64,000 nucleotides of DNA from assembly GCA_051294375.1 (NCBI GenBank), contig CM119267.1:5384578-5448577 (forward strand), written 5' to 3'. Shown piece after piece: positions 1 to 13,484 of this stretch. Position 1 is the stretch's first letter, and every line of letters starts with the position of its first letter. Source of the stretch: Paraspadella gotoi. Lineage: Eukaryota; Animalia; Chaetognatha. The notes beneath the pieces were generated by a model. That model saw nothing but the letters and a program-made list of their open reading frames with translations. It ran no database searches and had not been told where the DNA came from. The translations under genes and the position numbers were made by a program.

Positions 1-321
1 TTACTTGTTATTAATTTAATAATTAATTGATTTATTTGCTATGTTTAGTCATATAGATATTTTTATTGCTTGATGATAAAGCAATGGAATATCTATATGC
101 TTTGATTATTTTATTAAGGTTGCTTTTATTCATTAACCAAGCAAGTTGGTTTAAAACACTTTAATTCAAAGCTTGTAAACTTTGCAATCATTCCGAGATC
201 CAAGACGCTCGTCAACTTCGCTGGATGACGCCGCCACCTCAAAGTGTATTCAGGGCGCGCCATCTACACACTTTTCCAAGCTTCAGAATGAAACGAACTC
301 CCCCCCCAAAAAAAAAGATTA

Positions 322-1364
<1,043 letters not shown>

Positions 1365-1934
1365 ATTCGCCTCTTCACTTTCCCGGGGGGTAGGGAGAGA
1401 AGATTAATCCGGTTTCACCGGCTCGCGCTCGAAAGGGACATGGAAAGCGCGTCCCGAGTTTTTTTAAATTTGGTATCGACGCACACCGGTTTTTGATTAA
1501 TGCGCATTTGCACTTTTTTTAGGCTGATAGTTCGGAATAATAAAATAAACATTAAAATAAACATATAAAACATTGACTAGTAACAACTAATTTACTACAA
1601 GCGTGTTTTTGGTTCAAAAATAAATTCGAAAGATCTTTTTAAAAAAATATGCGAGGTCTACAGGAGTTGATAGCCATCACTGAAATACATCATGGAGTAA
1701 TTTGGAAACGAGTGCACTGCACAGGTACTTTTTGAGTTTGACATAAAAAACCGGAACAGAAAAAAAAATGGCAGTAGCAAAGCTAAAAATTTTACTATAA
1801 TATGCAAAATAGAAAAACTCGAACAGGAGTTAAAATTAAATTCATATCAGTACAAAATAGGATTAATTAACAGTGAGAATACTTCCTGATCTTTAATTCC
1901 GAGTAAAAAAATAATGTACGTACATCGTATACTT

Positions 1935-4900
1935 TCAAACGAGATTAGCGTCTTTCGCCATGGCATAAAACATGCTACTGGCGTCACCGAGTAAATCCGC
2001 GGGAGCGCCGAATTCGGCCACGGCGCCGCGATCCAGGACGAGAATCTTGTCGTAGTCGACGATGGTGTTGAGTCGGTGGGCGATGGTGATGATGGTCGCG
2101 GCGGCGAACTCTTGACGAATGGTTTTCTGCAAGAGGGCGTCCGTCTCCAAATCGACGGCGGCCGTGGCTTCGTCCAGGACGAGGATTTTGGAATTCCTCA
2201 ACAAAGCCCTCGCCAAACAAACGAGCTGTCGTTGGCCAACGGAGAGGTTCTCCCCGCCCTCGGTGCACGGATGAAGTAGTTTCTCGGGTAGAGTCTGGAC
2301 AAAGTCTTTGAGATGGGCCAGTTCCAAAGCTCGCCAAATTTCCTCGTCGCCTTGCGCTTCGAAAGGATCCAGATTCATGCGGAGGGTTCCGGAGAAGAGG
2401 ACGGGGTCCTGGGGGATGATACTCAATTTGCGTCTGAGTTCGTGCAGTCCAAGATCGGCGATGTCGAGGCCGTCGACGAGGATCTTTCCCTCCGCCGCCT
2501 CCACGATGCGGAAAAGCGCCAGAGTGAGGGAGGATTTTCCGGCGCCGGTGCGACCAACGACGCCGACCTTTTCCCCAGGTTCCACAGTCAAATTTATGCC
2601 CTTCAAAACCAAGTCCAGGCCCTCTCGATAGCGAAGGGAAAAGTTGACGAAATTGACACGCCCCTCATCGGGCCATTCCGGGGGCGGAATGGTTCTCAGT
2701 AGTGCGGCGCCTTCCCCAGGTCCGTCGGTGCCGTCATAAGGTGCAACTGCCTTGTCTGAGGATTCCCAAGCGGCCTCGGTCGGAGTCTCCGAATATTCCT
2801 TTATTCGTTCGACGGCGACGACGTTCGTCTCGAACTCGGTCGACATACGAACCATAAAGTTGAGCGTCTGGGTCACCTGCATGGAATAGGTGATGGCGAG
2901 ACCGACGGCACCGGGCGTGATGTTTGAATTGATGGAAAAAAATGCCGAGAACATGACGACGAGGGCGCCGACAAACTCCAGCCTAAGGCCCACCCATCGG
3001 TCCGCCACCATGGCTGGGAAGAAAAACATGAGGTTGCGATCGACGCGATCCAAGCACTCTCGCTCGTAGATGGGCTGACGGCGAAAGGCCCTCAAGGTCG
3101 GCGCCCCTTGGACCGTCTCGCCGAAAAAAGAATAAATTGGGGAGCGAGAGGCCGAGTCGAGGCGTTTGAGTTGGCGGGTGGTGGCGACGTAGACGCGTTG
3201 GATAAGGAAGTAAAGAATTGCGAGGCCGGGGACCGTGATGAGAAAGGCCGGGGTCACGTAGGCTATGGTGAGGATCGTTGTGATGAGGCGTGACGCCGAC
3301 ATCAGCACGAAACGCATGTTGTTGGGGAGTTGAAGGTCGACGGCGTCGATATCTTTTGAAAATCTGAAGGATGATAAATAGCAAGAAAAAAGGTGTTATT
3401 ATACTATTACGTACTAGTAAGTACAGGAAAGTCAACAAAATTTAAAAAAAAAATACTTTACTCGCGGAGCAACTCAATAAGTCACTTTTCCGTCGGTGTG
3501 TCGGTCCGTCAGTCGGTATGTCTGTCTGTATGTCTGTCGGTCTGTCCCACTTACGTTAAAAATACTCAAAGTTGGTGGCTCATTTGTTAAAACAGGAAAA
3601 AAACCTCAAATCTAAGGGATTGCTAGCGCCGTCTTCAGGAAATCCTAAAACTATAAGGAATAAAAGACGGAATTTCGTGCTTGCCATAACTACAAGGGCT
3701 AATTTAATCATATCATGTCATATCATGTTATCAAAGGGAAATACACGTAAAAATAAAGTCACTGCGGCGCAACACAATGGAATAACCGTTCATGTTTAAT
3801 TGTAAAAATGCAACCCTCCTTTACCTGTTGAGAATTCTTCCCAAAGGAACGGTGTCGAAAAAAGACATTGGCGACGCCAACACATTCCTCAGCATCGCCG
3901 CGTGCAACGAGATGCACGCACGCACGCAACCGATGGCGATCGCCACGCATGAAAACAATATTGTGAATCCCTGCGCCACACCCAACAATGAGTACACGCC
4001 GAGGTAAACTTCAGACGTGAACGCCGACGCGTTTTGAGTAATGAAGGCTTCGACCATCGTTCCGTTGGAATCGTTGAAGCGATAGATGACGGGCAGCGCC
4101 TTGTCCGACCATTCTTTCAGCCACAGGGAAGAGAAAAAGGCGAAACCGTTTTGGGCGAGGAACATTAAGATGGTGAGGATCGTAAAGAACCACCCCACTG
4201 CACGCAGGTAGGAGAACATGACCTCCTTCTTGACCCGCCCTCGTTCAACGCCTTCGACCGTTATCAACTTGGACTTGGCGGGCGAATTCTTGTCCTGGGG
4301 ATTGCACGAAATCTGACTCTTGACGGAAGGCTTTCTCGGCGAACCCGGCGCGGGACCTTCATCCTCCTCTTCGCTCTCGTCCTCGAGGTTCTCTTTGGCG
4401 TGAGTCTTGATGAATTCCGCAAAGGCGCCTTCCTTCTCGAGCAGCTCCTTGTAGGTGCCAACCTCGCTAATGACGCCGTCAGTGAGAACGACGATCTGAT
4501 CCATCGCAGGCAGGAAGGTCACTGCATTGGTCACCAACACTCGGGTCTTCTCCTTTAACAAACCCGAAGGTCCAATAACTTGATCGAAGATGTGTTTCCC
4601 CACGTGGGAATCGACGGCGGAGAGAGGATCGTCGAGGAGATATAGGCCGGCGTCCTGATAGACGGCTCTGGCCAACGAGATTCGTTGCTTCTGTCCGCCA
4701 GAGAGATTGATGCCCTTCTCTCCAATTTCCGTTTGGTCGCCGCCAGGCAGCACCTTCATGTCCGGCTCGAGCGCGCAGGCGGCGATTGTGGCGCAATAGC
4801 GGCGCGAGTTCAGATCTTTACCAAATAAAACGTTTTCTTTAACGGTAGCGTTTTGCATCCAAGCCTGTTGAGGCACGAAGGCGACGTCGGGTTCAGCCTC

Positions 4901-7482
4901 GACAATGCCGCGGAGGATCTCCATCTCGCCAAGAACGCCGGCCAAAAGGGATGACTTTCCGGCGCCGACCGAGCCGACGATGGCGGTCAGCGATCCGGTT
5001 TTTACCTCGAGATTGATGTCGCTTAATGTTGGTTTCTCGGCGTCCTTGTCCCAAAAAAAATCAGCGGCTCGGACTCGGAGGGCGACGCCCAACGGAGGAT
5101 TCCTCGAAACGACGTCATCGCTTAACTCGTCTTTTCTGAGAAAAGCGGAGATGCGTTTGATAGAGACGGAGATTTGCACGAGGAAGGCGACGACGTGCGG
5201 GAGCATGTTCATCGGGAAACGGATGATGTTAAAAAGCGCGAGGGAGACGAAGGCCTTTTGCGGGTCCAGCACGTTGTTATCCGGATCGGCGAGGATGTAG
5301 GCGGCGAAAGCGGCGACGGCAACGAATACGGGAGCGCACGAGAAGGAGAAGAAGATCCCCGCGAACATGTAGAGTTGCTTGCGCAAAACCTGTGAGAGAA
5401 AAAAAAGAATGTTTGAATTAAGTATTTAATCAAAAGTGCTAGAAAAATGGAACCAAATCAGATCAAGCGATCGGAAAATTTCAACACAAACCTCTTGTAC
5501 TATTACGTAATATGGTATGTCTCTTGCGAGCTTTTAAAGAACTCCAACTAAAACAGACTGACCTATTTCTCACCTTCATCTCGTCGGCGCGAATCCCAAC
5601 GATCTTATCGATGAACGAAGGTTCCCAAGCATACAGCTTGAGCACCTTGATGCCGTTGAGCACTTCGTTCATGAGTTTAATCCTCGCGTCCTTAAACTTC
5701 ATGTTGGCCATTTGCAGCTTGCGGGTGAGCGAGCTGACGAAAAGGTTGAAAGGAATTAGGGCGCACATGACGACGAAGCCGGCCATCGAGGCGGGACCCA
5801 GGACGCGCCAGAGCAGTGCCATGGCGAGCAAGATGATGAGCGGCGCCGACCAGAGGAGGTTCAGTGTCCCAGTGATCTCCATGAACTTTTGCGCGTCGAC
5901 GGCCATGAGGTTGACGATCTCGCCGATCGTGGACGACTGCCTCGCCATCGAGGTCAACTTCAAGCTCTTCACGTAAACCGCGGTGAGAATGGCCGTGCGG
6001 AGTTTGATGCCGAGCACGTAGCAAAAGTAAAACTGATGTTGATTGACGATGGCGCGGGAAATTTCGAGGAGGAACAAGGCGAGTGAATAGAGGTAACCCT
6101 TCCAGATAGGTTGGCCCGCGTCGCCCGTTCGGCGGCGAGTCACGAACGCGATGAGTCGCGAAAGCACGATCGGACTGAGGAGTTGGAGGCAGAGGACGAC
6201 GAGACTGAGAAAGGCGGAGACGGCGAACGGACGCCAAAAAGCGCGGACGAGGGCGCGAAGGAATGAAGGCTCGCCGGACCGAGCGGCGGGGCGAAAACCG
6301 ACCGTCGACGACGTCCGAGTCGCTCTCCTCGACTCTTCCGTCATTTCCAAAGCCATCGGGGCGCCGTTCTCCACGCTGACGCCGTCACTATGGTCGCAAT
6401 GGCGACCGCACCTCCTCATCTCCTCAGCCCATCGCCGTCCGAATTCGCGCGAGATCGCTCCCGAGCGAAACTGGTTGCGGAGAGCCCAGACGTCCTTGTC
6501 TTCGAGGGGATTTCGATATCCACGCCAAATGAGTGACGTCAACCACCAGAACGTTAGATAGGACGAGGGACTTGCGTCCTTCTCCGGGGACGGCTTGGGC
6601 CCTTCGTAGGTTTCATCATCTAGTGCCGGCGCTGGTTCCACGAGGCAAAAGTTAACGAACTGGACGAGAACGAAGAGGAAGTTGACGAAGAAGATGGCGA
6701 CGCGCGGAAGACGGAGCCGAAGATCGCCGACGGGATGGGAGAGGAAGTGCACGTGGGTTTGGAACCCTGGAATGAGGAGGAGGAGATGGAGGAGGTAGAA
6801 GACAAAGAGAGGAATAGAGGAACGAATCGAGTGGCGTCGCTCGAAGACCGTCAAAAATCCTGCAAAAAGATTTTCATAAGTATGTTTTATAAATGATCAA
6901 ATTTGCTTCCTTACTGCACCCCTCACCGATCAAAATGTACGTCAGACAAAGCGCGACGGGCGTGACGAACTCGATCAGGGCGACGCCTTCTTTTGGGACG
7001 GCGACGAGATAAATGGAGAAAATCAGATCTGCGATCTGCGCCAGAATGCCGAACAAGACGGCCGCCATCTTGGATCGGTGCAACAACGACGCCGTGGATC
7101 CGGCGCACGCATGGGAGAGTTGAGCGCTGCGAAGACGCACCCGGCGAGCGTAAACGGGCGCCCATATCCAAAGGATCAAAACCGGAATCCATACGGGAAA
7201 CGAGCGCGCGAAACAGTTGGTAAAATTAGGAAACTCAACGTCTGGCCACGAAAGAGACGAGTTCCAAAAGGGAGTGGCGCAGAGGCCGCCCAGACCGCGG
7301 AAGGATAATGAAGACGGAGAGACGTCATTGTCGAGGACAGATTCGACATCATCTTCCGTGAAACAGAAGGTGGAATCGTTGGTCGTGAACGGACACGAGC
7401 GCCGCCAGCGGTGAAGTGAAGTCAAGGCCTGGGAGGCGTCAAGAAAAGGCGACTCGACGCCGAATATTGAAGGCTCTTCCAT
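1935..7482 (-). CDS. ABCC1: ABCC/MRP1-like ABC transporter (TMD0-TMD1-NBD1-TMD2-NBD2), 4 exons
   Basis: Walker A GSVGAGKSS and GRTGAGKSS; signatures LSGGQKQR and LSVGQRQL; Walker B LLDD and VLDEATA; NGIKVLKLYAWE motif; three GT-AG introns at ~6926-6860, 5573-5390 and 3824-3364. Confidence 0.95.
3457..3560 (-). mobile_element. DINE-1/Helentron-like non-autonomous element end with GTCT/GTCG microsatellite (ABCC intron 3)
   Basis: actcgcggagcaactcaataagtca followed by (gtc-g/t)n. Its reverse complement matches gacttatagagttgctccgcgagta at ~31766-31790 and resembles the end at 17865-17890. Confidence 0.55.
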
Positions 7483-7647
7483 GGTGTGAAAAAGAAAACT
7501 AAAAAACGTTTACATGGAGAGTTAGCTACAATTTTTCCGAGCTAGGCACATCTTGAAGTCTGAGAAAAAAGATAAAACAAATCGTGAAAATTATGACAGA
7601 TAGACATATACACAAATACAAACTAAAGGAATGAATAGACAGAGAAA

Positions 7648-9780
7648 TCAGTCGTCTTCCAGCTTTCTTTTGAGACCAGTGACCCCGCCGGGCAGGCTCA
7701 CCGGCCGTACCATTCCCATCGACGACTGCAGCTGATGAGATTGCTGCGGCTGCGTCAAAAACGGATGAGGTTGCTGCGTCGTCGACGCAGACGTGAGAGA
7801 TACTCCGCGGGGAATGATCTGTTGGGTCGTTGGTTCGGCGCTAGATGTCGCGCCGGTCTGATTGACGGAGGGACGTTGAAGAGTTCCCTTTGACGCCGAC
7901 TGGGTCCCGGAAGTGGAGGAAGCTAAGAGAGAGATAAAAGGAAAATGTTGTGGCAATCATTAAAGAGACCCAAGTTCAGATCGAGAATGATTTATTCTCA
8001 AACGAACAAAACAGAAATTAACTCCAAACAATGTTAAGTCTAAAAACTGCACAGTCAAGCGTAGCAAAAACATTAAAATCAAGTAGAATCAAAATTCGAA
8101 TTGGAGATCACGAAGAGGCTTGTGCCTGTAATCATTTTTAAATAAATACATAGTACTCACCATAGAAAAAATTATTTTAAAATTTTGACATTTACGTATG
8201 CGAAAATAGAGAAATTTAAAAAGAAATTTTATCCAAGACTATTCGTGATCAACTATTCGAATTTTGATCTGCAACTTTCACTACGCCTTACATACAGAGA
8301 AACCGGCTGAGGACAGACCGGTGATTGGTCAGTGATTGAGTGAGAGAGAGATGATCTTATGATGTCACGTGTTGCGGCTGCCACAATGGTGAAATTAATT
8401 TAAAAGTAATCTTATCCCCATTTTTCCGTATCGTACCGGTCGGCGAAGGTCGCGGGTTTTGCCCATATCGTCTCCCCGCCCCTAATGCGGCCTGAATGGC
8501 GTTCGCTTGCAAGCTTGAACTAATGGGGCGATTGGTCGCGCCTGCTTGCAAACAAAATAAACGCAATTATACATTATGCAACAGATGAAACGACTAGTTT
8601 AATCCTTGTGTACCAGCGAGGTTCAAACCAGGTGCCTTTCCGCTTTCCTTGGCCTTCACGCGAAAGTTAGGAGCCAAAAAACAAAACCTGTCCGGCGGGA
8701 GACGTACGCCTGAGACGAAGAAAACCATTACCGTAAAAACATTTTTTAATTGACTTGATTAGGCAGGAAATCGATGGAATCGTCCGAGTGGAAATGAGTT
8801 TAAATGGAAAAAACAAAAACACCTGTTTCACTAATTGATAATGTTTCAGTCTTTTTATATTAAATGTAAATGCAAGATGTATTAATTAATCAAATAATCA
8901 GGTAATTAATCAAATAGTCGATTAATTAATCAATCAATTAATTATTCATAAAACCACCCCAACACAATAAATGGGAGTTCAGTGGGAATTTATTTATCAA
9001 TCAATCAATTAATTAATTGTTACATTGTTACATTATACATTACGAAATATCTAAAATTTTTTTTTCAATTCACAGTAAACCTCATAATGAGATTTCATTT
9101 ACTATCAATTAATTAATTATTCAATCAATCAATTCAATTAATCGTTATCGGCGTAATTGTCGTCGTCGTTGCTGGTCAGTGACGAAAAGAGCTAAAAACA
9201 AACGTGTTTGAGCAAACAATGTCGAATCAAATTAATTAATTAATTGACTTATTAATTAAATAATTACCGCCAACGATCGTGGGTAGATCAGGCATTGTTT
9301 GCTCAAACTTATTTCTATCAGAGTCAAAAGTAACCTTGACTGAACTCTCCTACCTATTCCTTGTTTGATGAGCGGCAGGGGCTGCGCGTTCTTCGTTCGC
9401 GCCAATTCAAGCAAAAGTTCCCGAGGCGGAGGAGTGGTGAATGAGTTGTCCATTTTGGTGTGGATGGCGAGGGAAACGTCGTCCGCGTCGACCGTCTTCT
9501 TGCTGGCGTGAGAAGAATAAGCCTTGGCGTCCTCCAGGACGTCAGTCACGTAGCGGTACGTGAACTCGAGCATCTTGAGTTATTAAGAAACGAGTCTCCG
9601 TAACATTACAAAAAAGTAGGAAAACAGTTTGGGTTGGCGATCAGAACTTGGACTTGCCTGATTGATGACTTTGGGTTCATACTCGGTGACTCCCATATCT
9701 TTGAGTATGGCGGCCATAAGTTGGGCGTCCTTGGGCGTCGTCTTAGCAGCCGTCGACACCGATTGAGAGTTCGAAGTCAT
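7648..9780 (-). CDS. TAF9: TFIID subunit 9, 5 exons; first intron is GC-AG
   Basis: [26 protein letters not shown]|[40 protein letters not shown]; next exon [16 protein letters not shown]; C-terminus LKRKLEDD. Confidence 0.95.
8055..8290. mobile_element. Small TIR element (MITE) in a TAF9 intron
   Basis: Ends tcaagcgtag...ctacgcctta (same terminus as 19199-19808); subterminal inverted repeat aatcaaaattcgaattggagatcacgaa / ttcgtgatcaactattcgaattttgatc. Confidence 0.65.
8770..9318 (-). mobile_element. DINE-1/Helentron-like element, truncated reversed copy (TAF9 intron)
   Basis: Reverse complement of 14991-15365 and 61093-61480 (gagcaaacaatg.cgatctgcccacg start; ttccatttaaactcatttccactc.gacgattccatcga core; attaatta-rich tract). 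Confidence 0.8.
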
Positions 9781-10691
9781 GACGCGAGGATAGTAATAAG
9801 TTAATCTCAGTTCTCACGAAATGCTAAAACTTCTGAATTTAAGCCAAAATAAAAATAAAGTTACAAGAACAATAACGATCGGCATTCCCCCCCACAGCGA
9901 TTTAAAAAAAAACGGGGGGGTAATGGAGATAAGATAACATTTTCTTTGCAAAAAAAAAAGTCAGTCAACCGCAACGAGAGTTCGAAGTCCAAACCAAAAT
10001 AAAATCTCAATTAGGACTTGGTATGCATTCCTCGCCTTGAACACAACGTGACATAATAAAATTTTTAAAAAATTCGATCACCGGCGCGACGTCAACCCAT
10101 TGCACTTTACGTATCATTTTTTAAAATTTATTTATAAAGAGAAGTTTGAGCGGCTTTTTAAAACAAGGGGGACCGGTAAATCAAAAGAAAAATTTGCTAT
10201 AAAAATTATGTAAAATGTGTTTCATGATCACGTGATTTTATTTTCCGTCGAAATTAAGGTCGCTCGCGCGCTCATCGCGAAAACGGCGACATCGGCGCTT
10301 TTCGCCCAAATCAAAATTTTATCGGCGAAGCAACGCGACACACCAAGGTTTAAAAGACAAAGAAAAAAAAAGATGATAACATTAACGATGACGAGTCGAT
10401 GCAAGGGATGGTGTGGGGGGAAGGAAGCAAAGACGGAGGGAGAGAATAAGCTTTGGCTAATTCGCGATTTAAGGACAATGCCCGGAGAAATAAAAATTCG
10501 AAAATAAAAACGTCCTGGATCGTAAATCGAATTAATCAGATTCTTGTTAATTTCCTTTTTTTTTCGCGAACCGGGCGGCGGAGGCGTTACACGCTAGGAA
10601 GGAAATATATCGTAACAGATTTATGCCAAGTAAGAGATCGGGGCGAGGGATAGAATCGTCTCGGAACCGGTAGTGCCGAAATCTAAACCTT

Positions 10692-13435
10692 TTAGCGACC
10701 AGAGCGCGACGATCCTGCGCCGGGAGAAAAGCCCTCGTCGCTCCGACCTGACAAAATAAGTATTAAAATTTATCACGAATGGAGAAATCTTTATACAGTT
10801 TTAAATAATCTAATGGATACAATTAAATTTAAATAAGCAAACAAAATATCACAAATTTTCTAAAAAAACTAACCAGAGCTTGCGGAAGATTGCTTCGAAA
10901 TAGTGGGTTTCTTAAACTGGCGAATTTGATAGAGTTCCAATGTGTTCAGTCGGCGACGAGGACGTTCTCCAAAAATGGCTTCAGGGTCGTCGTCATCGCG
11001 GTGCGACATGGCCAAAGCCTGTTAATTAAATATAACGGGAGACATGTGTGATGCATGTGGTGTGAGGCATCTCCCGACAGCTGGCGTTCAGGGCTTTGGA
11101 CCTGCAGTGACCACTCCATGTCACTGGCATGTTTATGCCGACACCGTCACACTTTAACCGTGAGGGGATTGAACCTGGAACTTACAGTTGGTGAATGAGT
11201 ACTTTGCTATCCAAGCTAATGGGACGAGCTGAGTTTTGCCAAGCTATATGGGAAGCAAATTTTAGGATTCTCTACAATATATGATTGATTTATCACTAAT
11301 CATTAAAAATTATTTGGTTACTAATCGATTATTGTGGTAAATCCTACATTCGCCTCCCGTATAGCTTGGTGAAACTCAGCTCGTCCCATTTGCTTGGACA
11401 ACTGTATTTGTTCACCAACCATGATTTCCCGGTTTAATCCCTTCACGGTCATGCTGGTTAAGTGTGATGGTGTCAGCATAAACATGCCAGTGATATAGGG
11501 CGGTAAGTGCAGGTCCAAAGCTCTGAGAGCCAGCTTTCGGGATTGCCTCACACACCGGGTAACATATGTGTCTCCCCGTTGCCATAGCATTACAAAATCT
11601 ATCCATATTATTTTTATTCACGATATTACGATCAAACTCTACTTTTTCCCCTTTGGCTTTGACGTATCCCCTTTAATTTTTTTTAAAGAAAGAAATGTTG
11701 GTCTCTTTTTCTATCGTCCTTATCTTACAACTTCTCGCTGTTCGAGCGGAAGATGCCAAATGTTATTTGAGAAACAAAACTTACGACTGTCAAAGCCCGA
11801 GCATTCTGAATAATATCAAGAGGATCTACGCGCGATTTCGGGCTTTTAAAAAGAACTCAAAAGGCGAGTGCCCAATATATACTATGTACAACGAAGAGTC
11901 CGATTTCCCTGACCATCGACTCATCGTTCCCGAACCTGGGCTTTGTTACGGGTTCCACCTAAGAGGTGACTATCAAAAGTTATATGAGTATAGAAGCGCG
12001 ACAAAAGCCAGGGGATTTCAAATCTATTGGATGATCGGCGCCGTTGACTCCTTGGAGAGGGGAGAATTTTCGAAACTGACAGATGGCGGGGATGCGTTAC
12101 AGCCGGACGGGTTCTACGCAATGCTCAACGGATCCATCCTCCTCCGAATGGCAAAAACCAAGTCAGAGTAAAACGGCGGGAACGTTTGCTCCCATAGACA
12201 TTCCAACTCCCACTGCCAAAATCGTCGAAAAACAGGCCGCTGCTAGTCGTACAAGCTGTATCCATATGGAAGAAACATATTTATCTGTTGATAAATCAAA
12301 ACTTTTACGTGTACGTCAAGAACGACCCACCGAAGATTTCTAACGTATTTTGGGTAGAAAATTTGAATATTTCGCGCATATCAAAACATCTCAAAGTTCG
12401 TTTTCTTCCGTAGGTCAAAAACGAAAGTGACTCGTCTTGGAGGTGAGAAAATAAAAAAACTTGATAGTGAGAGTAGGTTTAGTCCTTGTCACTTTTCCGC
12501 TTTTAAAGACGGGCTAGAAATTGTTTTACAATAACGATTTGCCTTGAACGCGGGCCCGAATTTTTGACACCAACTATCAATAAGAGTAACGCAGGTGTTA
12601 CGGGCGTTGCGAAGGCGAGTGCAAGTTCGAATGGGTCAAAATAGATCGGGAGGGTCGCGGCGTCGTCGCGGTCAACGGTTCCACGTTGAGGATCGAGGAT
12701 ATGGATAAGACGGCAATGGAATATCGTTGCCGGTTCTCTCTTCCTTAAACAACTAATGAACACGTAATCTCTTTGAATCGTCTTTATTGTCTCAGCGTCT
12801 TCCTCGCGGGAGGGGGCATCGTTGAAAGATGGATACAGATGGCTCCAAGAGCGGAAAATTCCGACGAGCCCACGGGGTCGTCCAAGCCCCTTAAAATTTC
12901 CTCAGGGGACGATGAAAAAAACGTCATTTTTAAAATCAGTCGCGAACGGTTGGAGGCAGAGTTGAAAAAAATACGACCGAAGAACAAGCCGATAATGTGA
13001 GTTGCACGAAAAATCACCCGTGACGCATTCTTAACGTTTGATAAGAAAATCGCTTTGCGAAAAAAAAACAGGGTTTCAAAGGAGGAAATAAACCTGAACG
13101 GCCGCAACAACTTTCTCATTTATATTTTCTCGATGCTCTTAGGCATCGTATTGATGGGGTAAAAAAAAATAATTAGAATAACAATGAACTTTAAATATTT
13201 ATTAAATTTTTAAAAAAATATTTTTAGCGTCATTACGTGGTTTGTTGGTAAAAGAAAAGAGAAAAAGCTTGCCGACGAGGACTTAGAATGGACGGAGGCT
13301 ACCGATTCTTTGCGTGAGGTAAATAAATAAGTAGAAAAGAAAAGCGGATTTGCTTCTCAGCAGTAAATCTTTCGAGCGGATTACATCAGTAACATCTGTT
13401 TTGGGTCTTATTTCTTTGTTCTATTTCTAACACTG

Positions 13436-13484
<49 letters not shown>

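Noticed and set aside
190-275. GC-rich island in an ACK intron with CTCF-like half motifs (tagatggcgc, gaggtggcgg)
   Set aside because: Only partial matches; does not encode the expected next kinase exon (HRDLA); no ncRNA structure I can support.
11150-11235. Possible tRNA gene
   Set aside because: A/B-box-like motifs only, no convincing cloverleaf; embedded in a dispersed repeat, so treated as a SINE head.
12162-12760. Initially read as a frameshifted Ig pseudogene
   Set aside because: All stops and shifts are removed by canonical GT-AG introns, giving an intact frame.
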